Source of the DNA: Octopus vulgaris
Lineage: Eukaryota
Length of the DNA stretch: 64,000 bases
Direction: 5' to 3'
Assembly: GCA_951406725.2 (NCBI GenBank)
Contig: OX597814.1
Coordinates: 46,934,001-46,998,000, forward strand
Under the pieces are notes generated by a model. The model had not been told where the DNA came from and did no database searches. It was given only the letters and a program-made list of their open reading frames with translations. The position numbers were made by a program, and so were the translations under genes. Below, one piece after another: positions 51,379 through 64,000 of this stretch. How positions within the stretch are numbered: position 1 is the first letter of the stretch; every line of letters starts with the position of its first letter.

Positions 51379-52780
51379 TGTGAAATTGTATACCATTGAA
51401 CTAAGAACAACCCAAGAGGTAAGTCACTTTAAAGCAGGCTTTATTTAATTCATTGAAAGTCTAAGTTCTGACAGAACTACCAGAGATTGCAGTTTATAAA
51501 GTATTTATAGCTACACAGTCAGCAACTGCAGAATCTTGGGTAGATTCAACCATTTATATCGTTATTAGAATAACATGAAATATCACCTTGCAAAAGACAA
51601 AACCACATCTTTTAAGAACAATATCGTAACATACGCGTGCGCGCCCACACACATTCACCCTCTTTTCTCTATGTCTCTGTCTGTCTGTCTCTCTCATATC
51701 TCGCCATCTTTGTATCATACTAAACGTACCCTCAGGAGACACATAATGCAGTAGAATTGCGCTTAATTACACGGTAAGGACTAGAGTAACGTGGCGTCGA
51801 TTGACCCTTAACGAAATCGTTTCGAATAAACACATGCGTCCATGTGAATATGTCAGAAGAAACCACAGAAGGTACAGACTGTTGTCTAGGTAACATTGGA
51901 GGTAGGTCCACAAAGAAGGATCTAAGTTGAGTGATATACGAAGTTGGTTCGGCATTCTGTACATCAACGGGTGCTAACATTTGGCCAGGTAGTGCCAAAG
52001 TGGTGCCATACAAGAGTTCGGCAGAAACGTATCCCAAAACTGGTTTGATGGCTGAACAATAGGAAGGAATTCCGACCAACAGTGGGGTTCAGGAGCAGCA
52101 CGAATCGCAGATTTTAGCCGCCTATGAAAACACTCTACCATTCCGTTAGCAGCGGGGTGGTAGCCTGTGGTGTGAATATGCTGTATTCCGAGTAACTGTG
52201 ACTGTTCACGAAATAGACTAGCTTTAAACTGGCGACCGCGATCAGTCGTGATCCTGGGGGGTACTCCAAAACGATTGATCCAACATGAAATGAGTGCTGT
52301 GGAAAGAGAGACTGTAGAAATATTCGCTAGAGGAATGGCTTCATGCCATCTGGAGAATATGTCAATGCAGGTCAGGATATACGTGAATCCGCAACTGATA
52401 GGCCATGGACCAACAATGTCGATATGAATGTGCTGGAACCTGGAATCCGGCGGCTGGAAGTGCCCCAAAGGAACTCGCTCATGTCTGTGTATTTTCCCAC
52501 GCCGACGACGTAAACAGGCGTTTGACCAAACAGTAATAGAACGTCGCATATTTGGCCGGAAAAATCGAGCCGAAATAAGTTTAACCGTGGCTGCAATGCC
52601 TAGGTGTGATAGCGAGTACAAGGCGTCGAAAACAGGACGACGATATTGCTCGGGTTTTTCTACAGCCCTGCAAGCCTCTGCAATACCAGTGAATATACGT
52701 ATTAATCCCTGTTTATTACATACTGTAATGTAAAGTTTGTAAGCAGGCGATAATCGAGTGCACGACACCGACTGGCGTCA
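51379..52780 (-). mobile_element. Gypsy/Ty3 LTR retrotransposon remnant: integrase plus probable 3' LTR (51379-51719)
   Basis: LSHLGIAATVKLI, RFQHIHIDIVGP, YILTCIDIFSRW, RFGVPPRITTDRGRQF, TTGYHPAANGMVECFHRRLK, PRYSSPYRV; LTR TATGATA...TTTCACA with TATAAA and AATAAA. Confidence 0.85.
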
Positions 52781-53115
52781 ACAAAGGCGAAACAAGTCTG
52801 TTGTTCTCGTGAGTTGTTATTTTTCCGTAAGATAAGGCAAGTTAGCATATTTGTTCTTCCAGCAGTTAGCGGAAAGGTGAAGAGAAGTTCAAGTGGTAAT
52901 GAGTTTGTAGGCGGAGTTTATGTTACAGTTTACCAAATGAAACCAACAAAACGTTTACTGCTCGATTCTATGGAGAGGTGCGGCATTGAGTAGCTTGTTG
53001 GAACACACTTATTGTGTAACTACATAAATAAAATCATCTCATGACTATTGCTACAAAGACAATTAAAACTAGAACGTAAATTTTCTTGAACCAAAACTTT
53101 GAAACTACAATTTAA

Positions 53116-53337
53116 CCCTTTCGATACCAACCCGGCTAAAACCACCTCTGGCTCTGTTGTACAAATGTCTTGTTTTCATAAGTTTTGAATTAAAATCTTC
53201 CACCAAACTTTAGTCACAATTTATGTTTCTAACACTAGCTTAGTGATAACTAAATTATTTTACTAAATTCTTTGTTATATTTAAAATTAAGTGAAAGAAA
53301 CACAGAGCATCTCAACAGAAATATGGTAACAAAAGGG
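53116..53337. mobile_element. piggyBac-like MITE
   Basis: TTAA|CCCTTTCGATACCA...TGGTAACAAAAGGG|TTTA: short imperfect TIRs and a near-TTAA target. Confidence 0.65.
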
Positions 53338-53494
53338 TTTAAAGCATTTGCGTACTAGTGCTAGTAGGTCTGAACAATAACACGAATGCTGGAATAGTTG
53401 GGCTCCTGAATGACTAAAAGAACTATTATGTTCTATAAATTGTATGAACTGAAACAATATATGAGCAATGTAAAGCAAAAATATATATATTTTT

Positions 53495-53815
53495 TTTACT
53501 TGTTTCAGTCATTGGGATGCGGCCATGCTGTGGCACCGCCGAGAAAGGTTTAGTCGATCAAATAAACTCCCCTACTTATTTTTACTTGTACTTATTCTCT
53601 GAACCAAATTACGGGGACAAAAACAAACCAGCATCGGTTGTCAAGTCGTGAAGTTACAGAGCAGACCTAAACACATAAATATATACATTGAGCTTCCACA
53701 TAGTTTCTGCCGACTAGATTTACTCATAAGGCATTGATCTGCACGGTAATATAGTAAAAACTCTTTTCCAACGTGGCTGCAAAGCGAACTTCTTAACCAT
53801 ACAGCCATGCCTGCA
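53495..53815 (-). mobile_element. SINE family B (diverged)
   Basis: TTTACTTGTTTCAGTCATT...GCGGCCATGCTG...CTTAACCATACAGCCA. Confidence 0.75.
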
Positions 53816-54393
53816 CCTGTAATATCTCTAATAATTTCACTTTTTATACAAATTTACTTAAGATTTTTTTTTCAGAAACTGCTGTATAACAGTTAATATT
53901 GCTGGTGCAATTTCTGCTGCTGCTATTCCCTGCTGGTGTTAATGTTGCCGTTGCTATGTTTAGCAATTAGACTAAAACCACAGAACTTCAAAAATGTCAG
54001 AAATATTTTACGAATTAATAGACACAGTGAATTTTCGAGTAGATAAAAAGCATGAAGTTTGTTTCATAAGCTTTTAAGTGCATATATATATATATATATA
54101 TATTATATTATATCATATTATATTATATTATATATAAGATTGTATCTGCACTACAAACAAACCTGCACTAATCAGGAGCTGATGGCAAATGACTATATAG
54201 ATATTTGATATAGAAGTAAATTAGTGAAGACTGGCGTCAAGAAGGCATCTAAGTGTAAGCAAGAGTACATTTAGTTATATTTATAACCTTCATATGCATT
54301 AATGCGAATAAATAAATGCGTGGCTGCGTACAGGCCGGTGCGTGTCTATGTACATATATGTACGTGCGTACATATGTGTGTGTGCCTGCGTGC

Positions 54394-54486
<93 letters not shown>

Positions 54487-56218
54487 TGTGTGTGTGTACG
54501 TACGTGCATGCATGCGTGCGTTCGTATATGTACGTACGTATGGATGAATAAGTCAAGACGATATCTACATCTGTTGATATATTTTTCTCAACGTTTTCCT
54601 TTTCACTTCCATCTCCGCAGCAGTTGGTTCACATTTCAGACAGATGTGTTCTAGCTTACATTTTCTTCCTATCATTTAGATTCATTTGCAATGGCTGATG
54701 AATTATTTCGTGTTGCCATTCATTACCTTATTGTTTAATGCATTTATAAATGATAGCAATCGTACAACCAGTCATGGCTGACTTCGTTTACATTTTTGTC
54801 TTCGATGGTTACAATTTACTTAAAAGATAATTAACCTTATACTTTGCTTAAATACTGCTTGGGTTATCTTGTCTCCTTGGACGCTATATTTAGCAGTCTT
54901 TTTCATCGAAGAAGCACATTTATACCTGTGACGTCATAAAACAATTTTCCAAAACACTGACGTTATATAATAAGATGAATTATCTAATGTATAGAAAAGA
55001 ACTGATGTTATGACGCTATTTCTAGATAGTACGTCATATAGGTTGGATTTGCTTGGATTTGACTTATATATCATTACACTAAAGAAAGTGAAGAACATAC
55101 CAGAATTTAATAATGATACAATAGGGACATAACGTATGCTGAGATATGAAAGAAATTAATTTATTTGTTTGTCCCAAAAGGAGGAACAGAATTATTTTAA
55201 GTGTTAGATCATGTTTTTATCTAATAAGAGATCCCAAAGGTCATTAGAAACTTACCTATGTTCAAAGGATTTCGTGTCTTCATATCTATCTGGTATAGTC
55301 CTATTTGAATGCACTTTTGCAATTAGTGTCGCTGTAGTATCGGTCTAATCTGAAATTATATTCTGCCTGTTACTGTTATGTAGGGCATTGATTTGGGCTC
55401 TCGTTTCAGACACAATTAAAGTGTCATTAAAATTCCTTAGTGAGCAACTCTGTTTCAATCTCAATTTTGCGCTACACAGCCAAATATTGCAATTAGTGGA
55501 ACAACTGAATTAAAATCATTGTCCAACAGAAGAATCATTAATACAAAATTTAAATTACAGTTCCTCTTTTGCTAAAGACACAATTTATCTGATACAATAA
55601 AATCTTTATTAAAATACCACATTTTAATAAAGATTCTGTAACTCAACGGTTCCTAAATCTGTGTATCGCGATATTATTCTGGAAGGGTTGCTAGGACAAA
55701 ATCTGTACCTTTGAAATATTTGATAAAATGTAAAGTAATTATGAATATCTTACATAATAAACCATAAGCATAAGGATGACAGAACAATATTTAGTGCAAG
55801 CAAAATCTGAGGAGTATTTTCTCAAGAGTATGAAATGTTGATGCTTTAACTTTTGTGGGTTTATATTTTAATGAGTCGCAGAGTATTATCGATATACTGA
55901 AATGAACTGTTATAGTAAAAGTTTGGGAAGTACTGAATTAACGAATAATATATCCTGTGGCAGTAAAATGACAAGAAAGCATCTTCTTTTACATGAAAGG
56001 TGGGAATTCACTCTGCTTTAACAATCAATAAATAAGAAAAGAAAAAACAAAGAAATATCCATCATGAACTTCTCTTTCACCTTCTAAAATTCGTTTAAAA
56101 ATCCATGTCCAACAATTCTTAGTGTGGGTTCATATTTAAGAATTTCTTCAAGCAGAATTTTCCTGGATTATTTGTCATTTTATTTTACGTAAACATATAT
56201 GGATTTTAACTGGCAATA

Positions 56219-57122
56219 CGAGGTGGTATCAAAAGGTTCCCAGACCAGTTATATTTAATAAAAAGTAACCTATTTCCCTAAGTTTTAACTCTTCGAAATA
56301 ATAACCCTACCCTGCAATACACCGGTACCAGCGTTCCTAGCTCTTTTGGAATCCAGCCTGGAAGTCGTTTTCCGTAAGCGAGTCGAAGACCTTCTGGGAT
56401 TCGCTCTGGATCTCAACAACGTTGTTAAAACGGTGACCTTTGAGCTGAATTTTCATCTTGGGGGAAGTGATGGAAGTCCGCAGTTGCTAAATCTGGGGAA
56501 TAGGGCGGGTGCGGAAGCAAAATCATGTGGATTTTGGCGAGAAACTCGCAAGTGAGGAGAGCTCGGTGACAGGGTGCATTGTCGTCGTAAAGAATCCAGT
56601 TCTTCGCGCTCCACAGATCCGGTCGCTTTCGCCGAGTGTCCTCCTTCAAATGCTTCAAAACGTTGCAGTAGAACTTTCGATTGACGGTCTGGCCCTGGAG
56701 GGTGAATTCTCGATGAACAATATCACATTTCCGGAGTTGACGCTCGCGGTAGGTCTTCCAGATTGCTCATGGTCTTCCAGGGACGTTCTTCCGTTTTTGA
56801 AGCGCCCATGCCTCTTGAATCATTGCGTACGACCCATTGTCTCGTCGCCGTAAGCTTACCGAAGCATGCTCAGTGTCTCTGTAGCAGACTTCCCAAGTTT
56901 AACGCAAAATCTCACGTTGATTCTTTGTTCCTGTCCATAACAAAATCGCATACACGTAATCACAAAAGCACAAATTTTACAACGTTTAAAGGGAACACAG
57001 CGATGTCACTCGGCACACTGCTTCATGAAGGTCACTGCTAGCTCTCATTGCGCACTTAATCGTGTGTTGCCATCTAATAACGCGCTACAGAACTAGTCCG
57101 GGAATTTCTTGATACCACCGCG
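56219..57122 (-). mobile_element. Internally deleted mariner (DD34D) element with both TIRs and TA TSD
   Basis: TA|CGAGGTGGTATCAAAAGGTTCCCAGACCAGTT...AACTAGTCCGGGAATTTCTTGATACCACCGCG|TA; ILYDDNAPCH, LPHPPYSPDLATADF. Confidence 0.92.
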
Positions 57123-57599
57123 TACATGTCAAATAAAATGTCAAAAGAAATGAAAAAAAGTCCTTGTAAAAAAACACTCTCTAGCTCTTTCACAGTGATT
57201 CTAATCAATTCATACAAAATGTTTCAAGCGCATTAAAATGCTCTGTCACAAGAACAGCTATTTTACAAGAATAAACGATACTAAAATCAATAGAGCTCAA
57301 TGTATATCGTACAAAGCAAGTTTCTTTTAATGTTCCTAGGCTGAATTAAATCTCATCAGCTTGAATTTAGCTCACTTGTGCCTATTGAATAGATTGTTGT
57401 TTCTTTGTTATATAGTTAAAATGCAAAGTTGATTTCCAACAAGATTTGATACAGATCAAATAGAAATATGACTCCTGTTCTAGTAGCCGGTACAGCACTT
57501 TCATCGCAGGATCAACGTAAGGAATTCCTCGGTGCACGTTTAGTATATTATAAATAATTTCTACGGAAAACAGAGTGTACTGAAAGCTTTATTAAGAAC

Positions 57600-57818
57600 A
57601 ACGATCGTTTCGGCTTACTTCTTCACTACTCCCTAGTGGCTGGGAAACGAAATAATGGAATAGAAGGCTACACATATTAGGGAAATGTACATCTTATAAA
57701 ACTGAAGCCTATTATGTAACCTAAGGAGGTTTCTTCTGCACTATGAGGTACATTCCATTCCATTATATCGTTTCCCAGCCACTAGGGAGTTGTGCAGAAG
57801 TAAGCTGAAACGATCGTT
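57600..57818. repeat. Inverted repeat (~60-bp arms) with a hammerhead-like motif
   Basis: AACGATCGTTTCGGCTTACTTC...ATAATGGAAT / ATTCCATTAT...GAAGTAAGCTGAAACGATCGTT; core CUAAGGA at 57721 (G5A). Confidence 0.8.
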
Positions 57819-57954
57819 ATGTATGTATGTATGTATGTATGTATGTATGTATGCGTGTGTGTGTATGTATGTATGTATGTATGTATGTATGTATGTATGT
57901 ATGTATGTATGCATGCATGCATGTATGTATATATACGTACACGCACATATACAT

Positions 57955-58394
57955 ACAACGGTCTTCTTTCAGTTTTCTGCCAAATCTACACTCAAGAGTT
58001 TGGTCGACGCGGGACTATAATAGGAGATACTCGTACAAGGTGACACGCAGTTGGATTGAATCTTAAACTATGTGGTCGGGAAGCAAACTTTTTAACACAC
58101 AGCCATGTATCAAGCGATTACTAGACAAACCTACCTATACAGGTTAGTATTTAAAAAAAAATGTACTGAGGTGTTTTCCCTCAGCCGTATTTCTTTTTGT
58201 TTTACTTGCTTCAGTCATTACACTACGGTCAGACTGGGGCAACTCTTTGAAAAAAATTTAGTTGAATGAATCAACTCCAGAACTTATATTTTAAAACCTG
58301 GTACTTATTCTATCGGTCTGTTTTACCGAATAAGTTATGGGCACATAATACCGGGTATCAAGCGGTGGTGGGGGAAAACACACACACACACATA

Positions 58395-58447
<53 letters not shown>

Positions 58448-58557
58448 TCGGCCCGAGGATATAATAGAAGACATTTACCCGAAGTGTCACGCAGCGGGAC
58501 TGAACCCGGAACCATGCAGTGGAGAAGCAAGCTTCTTACCACTCAGCCACGCCTGCA
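57955..58557 (-). mobile_element. Two SINE family B copies
   Basis: CTTCTTTCAGTTTTC...ACACAGCCATG (57955-58106) and TTTACTTGCTTCAGTCATT...GGGACTGAACCCGG...CTTACCACTCAGCCAC (58200-58557). Confidence 0.75.
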
Positions 58558-58882
58558 CAACACAACGTTCCTTCCCATTCATCAAATATATTAATCATAT
58601 TTGTCTTGCCAATTTGGTAGATTTTTACCTCACTGGGAAATACTAATACTAACGTGTTACATTCGTCGCTTTCAGCAATTGTATTAAAGAATCAGACTTA
58701 AAACAAATCTGCTCTAACTGTATTGTCCCAAAATTTCGATTTTACTGGAGTTTTCCGACCTTGTTTGTTGGTTTTTTAGACTTGAAATACACATCGGGGG
58801 AAACTTCGTCTACTAATTACTAGGAAATGCTTAAAAGATGGATGTTTATCAACTTCTTGTTACACGCGCGCACACACAACAC

Positions 58883-58937
<55 letters not shown>

Positions 58938-59143
58938 TGTGTGTACGTGTGTACGTAATGTATGTATATAATGTATGTATGGATGTATGTATGAATGAGC
59001 CATAACAAATAGTTACTTCATGTTTCTTTTAGCCAATTTTCGGACTGTTTAAAAGCACTCTACTCCTAATAGCATGAACCATTTGTTTTTCGCTGGTTTA
59101 TATTAACGTGCATCTCTTTCTCTCTCTCCCTCACTATCCATGT

Positions 59144-59191
<48 letters not shown>

Positions 59192-60082
59192 TTGTATATA
59201 TGTGTGTGTGTGTATGTGCGTGAGAGAGAGAGAGAGATGGGGAGATAATTACATACTTTGAGTGTCTTGTCTTACGTAGAGTATGAAAAAAGAATATCTG
59301 AAAGCGAAAACATCAGAACCAAAGCTAGAATTTTTGGGCTGAGATACGTTGGCTGCCAATATTCTTATATTGGAAAGAAACCAAGATCTTCATCTTAGAC
59401 GAGTAAAAATATCAAACAAATCTCCTTGATTACTTTTTCTTTTTTTTTTATTTATTTATTCCTATTAACTATCAAAGAAAATTTGATAGGATATATCACT
59501 TTTAGTTAATCATATAAAATCTAACATTTTCGAGAAATTATTGGAATTATCTCGTTTGAACGCCGGACAAAATATTTTGGTACGCATTTCTTCTAAGTCT
59601 ATACCTTCTTGCCGATGTCAGCTTTGCTTTGTATCCCCAGGGTTGATAAAATAAAGTATCAGTCAAGTACTGGGATTGATGTAATCAACTTAACCCCTCA
59701 CCGCAAGATTGCTAATCTTGTGCTTAAATTAAAAACTATTCATTCCTTTGGTTTGATTTTCAGTTTTGCGAAATTTCAGTAGACGCTTATCTAGCTTAAT
59801 GGTGTTGTACTCCGGTTGCACTGGCAACTAGCAGATCATCAATATATGCATAGACCAAAGGCAATCTGCAGACTTCATTATCGATGAAACAGTGGAAGCT
59901 TGACGAAGCATTGAGCAAACCAAAAAGCAACCCGAGGAATTTAATATACACACGCTACTTTTATATAAGGATTTGAGAGAATCATTAGCACGTCGGAAAA
60001 AATGATTTGTGGAACGTCGGACATGGCGCCTTGGGCAAGTGTCTTCTACTATAGCCTTCAGGAAACTGAGAAAAAGCCCGTC

Positions 60083-60607
<525 letters not shown>

Positions 60608-60777
60608 TAAAGTGTGATGGTAAGATCAACAAAAAAAGCACTCCATCTGGTGAGGTTATTTTTTTATTCGACGCAATACATACTTTATATGCTACTAATA
60701 GTTTCATATGTATGAGGTATTTCTCAACATATGAAATTATTAGTAGCACAAAAGCTTAAGTCTATTAACTAATGCTT

Positions 60778-60808
<31 letters not shown>

Positions 60809-61662
60809 CGTGTGCGCGTGCATGTCTGTGCGCGTACGTGTCTCTGTGTTTTCCCCCACCACACCGCTTGACAGCCAGTGTTGGTGTGTTCACGTCCCCG
60901 TAACTTAGCAGTTCGGCGGAAGGAACCGATAGAATAAATACCAGGCTTTAAAAAAAAAATAAGTACTGGGCCGCAGTCAAATGACTGAAACAAGTAAAAG
61001 ATAAAAGATGAAAGATTCTAAAGATTAACTCAGCCTATCGTACAATCCACGTACTTCATGAAATAAATCCAGTCTATTTTTCTCACCTATATTTCTAAAG
61101 GTGTTTCTAAAGGTATCTCAAGGGCTCATCTCAACGACTTTAGTACATCCCTGTATCTGCCTCATCACAGGAAAGCTATCTGATTGTACTTTTTGCCCTT
61201 AGAAATATTTAAGCTATCCACTGGATACTAGTTTAAGAAATTTTGGTCACTGACCGGATCGTGGTTTCGAACAAAGAAAAATTTGACAATCTACAATAAT
61301 AAATGCCAGAACGAATTTCTGTGTCTGTGGGCGAGAGTAATAGTATGTATAGAGACGGTGAGGGCGGTAGTAGAATGACAGTTGAGATAGTAATGAGGTG
61401 ATAATAATAGTTTAAGCTGTAGTTGTGATTGAGGCGGAGGCGACGGAGATGATGGTGGTGGTAGCTGAGGTGGTCAAGCATGACGGTGATAGTAAGGGAA
61501 GTGAAAGATGGTGGTGATGGTGGTGGAGGGGAAGGCTGCGAAGTGAAAGGTGTTGGTGGTGGTGGCGCCAAAAGTCTGAATGGTGTGTGTATGGCAGTTG
61601 TGGTGGCGATTGTATTGGTACTGGCGATGGTGATGGTTGAAAACAATCAACAGAAAAAGAGA

Positions 61663-61711
<49 letters not shown>

Positions 61712-61713
<2 letters not shown>

Positions 61714-62700
61714 TAGACAGAAAAAAATTGTACTGACCCCCGAATGGGAAGACAAAAAATGTTGTTTATCATGAAGCTTTGCAATAAGTAACCGTTGTTA
61801 CTCACTTTTCTTTTCCTTCTCGTTGAGGCCGATGCCTCAACGACTTCCTCCGTTTCTCCCTGCAATGGGAGAGCGGAGGGCACCTTCACCTTTCCCTGCC
61901 CCGGGACCTTACCACTGCTCCGGGGGCAGTCCTTCTTAATGTGGCCTGACTCCAGGCACGAGTGACACTTGGGTGGGGGGGTGACCCTCAAGTATCACTG
62001 GATACCTTAAGCCAGACATTAAAAAAAATCTGGAAAACCAGATCTGTTGCGACCAAGGGGGTCCACAGGGTCAAAATCACTTTTGACCCTTCCCAATCGA
62101 CTGCAGGCAATATTTAAGAGCCTGGGCCCACTATCCCCCAGCCCCCGTCTGATGGTATCTTCAATCTAACCCGCCTCGGTGCCTGGGGGTAATCCACATA
62201 CCCAGGCTCTTATTAATTTCCTCCTGCTGTACGACAGGAGGAACAGAATTTTGTTGCGCTCCAAGGGCTGGCTCGTGAAATTGTGAGCCTTCTCCGGCGT
62301 GTCAAACAGCAACCATACAGTTGCATGTTTGACACCGCGGGATATGTATTTAACAGAGGACAAATAGTCTTTCAGTTCATTTTCTATAACTGGTTTTGGG
62401 AAGACGGTGAGGGTATAAAGAACTTTAGAATAAGTTCTAACCACCACCGTCCTCTCCTCCATATCTTTCAACCACTGCTTCGATGGGACAATCTCCCACA
62501 CTACAATCTTGTCTGTATTTCTTTTTGCCATGTCCAAAGCAATAGTTCACAAAAAAGGAAAGAGAGAATTCAAAAGAAAACAAAAGGGAAGAAGAAATAA
62601 ATAAAAAGCAAACAGTTCAATAAAAAGTCACAATAGAAGAAGAAAACAATAGTTCAAAAAAAAAAAAAAAGAAAACACAGCAAAAAAAATCTTCTGGGCA
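61712..62700 (-). mobile_element. Second Tx1-like element: degraded ORF1 joined to a 3' UTR-like end, abutting (TC)n
   Basis: KCHSCLESGHIKKDC knuckle; upstream ORF1-like peptide ending RAWVCGLPP; T-rich leader; no ORF2; (GA)n at 61658-61711. Confidence 0.55.
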
Positions 62701-63188
62701 TTCAGGTACTCCAATTAAAACCTGGACTGCTCCACTTGAATACAGCTTTCCAACGTAGTCGTAAAATACAAACTATTTACAAACAGCGAACGACTTTCGG
62801 TGGCAGGATAGTCACCAAACTATATTTCTCACAATGAGAAAAAATGTTCACTTCATGTGAACACTTGATATACAGTTTTCCAATAATGGTAAATGTTGTT
62901 GTAAAAACAAACACTTTGAAGGATACACCCACCAGACAATGAGAAAAAACATTTTCATTTACTATGGACCATGTTGTTGAACCACAAGTAGATCAACATC
63001 CTGAATTCAGTGAAGATTCTCTGTTTGTAAAACATATAAGCACAGACAACGACCCTCACTGGGTGCAAGAGAAAAGTCTTACCTTGGCAGCAACTTCTTT
63101 TGGCAGGCTAAACACAGCCGGCTATCTTCTTCAGTGCACAACACAATGACGCATGCACACTGAGATTCATGGAAAGTAAGTAAGCTAC

Positions 63189-63430
63189 GGATCTTTTCAT
63201 TTTGAAAGCCAGATTTTTCAGATTTTTCTAGTTAACTAAATAATTTGAAACTTCGTATACTGGTAGAATGTGTCAAAAGAAAACAATAATTTCAACTAGT
63301 TTTTTTGACAAAAATGTATTTTATAAGTTTAAACGTAGTTTAAATCTGCGAATTTTAACCAATCGTATTGTCTGTTTTCATTTGAAATTATTAGCTGCAT
63401 AGTGTTACTGTGACGTAGACAGCTATTTTG
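63189..63430 (+). mobile_element. Diverged single arm of the 16830 MITE family
   Basis: GGATCTTTTCATTTTGAA...TTCTAGTTAACTAAA...AAACTTCGTATACTGGTAGAATGTGTC...GAATTTTAACCAATC. Confidence 0.8.
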
Positions 63431-63454
63431 TGAGTGGGTAAGCAGTAAGCAAAC

Positions 63455-63760
63455 AGCTGTGGTAGATATGGTTATCATGGCAGTGGTGGTGGTGGTGTAG
63501 TGGTGACAGTGGATGATGATGATGATAGTAGTAGTAGCATTGATTATGTTAGAATGTCTCATGGATGGTAGTGTTGAAGACATTGCAGAGTGTAGTGGTG
63601 GTGAAATTGGTGATTTTGAATATGATGCTGGTATTGATCTTGGGGTTGTGGTTGCAGAAGATGGTTGTGGTGGTGGCATTGGAGGTTGTAGTAATTGTTG
63701 TAGTGGTGGTTGTGAAGATAATTCTGATATTGATAGTCTTTGCATTGAGGTGGTGGCAGA
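63455..63760. repeat. Low-complexity (GGT/GAT/TGT)n tract; a similar tract lies at 61350-61645
   Basis: Degenerate trinucleotide repeats giving spurious V/G/H/T-rich ORFs. Confidence 0.8.
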
Positions 63761-64000
63761 GTCAGAGTAAATAATAAGAGCCCAGTTAACACAAGATTCT
63801 TAAATTTCGGAGATCATAAGATAGAGAGCAAGAAGTTAAAAGTTTCAATACTGGCCCAATTCCTACACCCCAGATTCTTCAACTATTTTATAAGAAAGAG
63901 GTTAATGGCAGGATAGGGATTCAGCTTAAAAATAAATTGTATAACAAAAAATACATAAATAAATTACTGCTCCAACGATGTAATTTTAGTATGTGTGTAT

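Noticed and set aside
61233-63792. Pro/Thr/His/Gly-rich ORFs at 61233-61755 and 63329-63792
   Set aside because: Degenerate trinucleotide low-complexity DNA open in several frames on both strands.

Overview
AT-rich, repeat-dominated eukaryotic DNA with no host protein-coding gene I can support. The SINE families and dense (AT)n/(AC)n/(ATAC)n microsatellites suggest an octopus/cephalopod intron or intergenic region; this comes from recognition, not a search. Nearly all long ORFs in the track are microsatellite artefacts or transposon debris. Identified elements: a young 5'-truncated Tx1-clade LINE (ORF1 zinc knuckle; APE-RT-CCHC ORF2 with two frameshifts) inside a (TATC)n tract, and a second deleted Tx1-like element beside (GA)n. 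Also present: degraded RTE/BovB, R4/Dong, HERO-like and Penelope retroelements; Tc1, mariner and hAT remnants; a Gypsy integrase with 3' LTR; non-autonomous Helitrons; MITEs; many tRNA-derived SINEs. The most notable hidden signal is more than a dozen full or partial minimal type-I hammerhead-ribozyme-like motifs from about eight unrelated repeat families. They have palindromic stem III, and two families show compensatory swaps of the core 3-8 pair (G3-C8, U3-A8). One pair lies in direct repeats 1075 nt apart (retrozyme-like) and several lie in fold-back inverted repeats. All alignments and RNA folds were done by eye, and coordinates of degraded elements are approximate.
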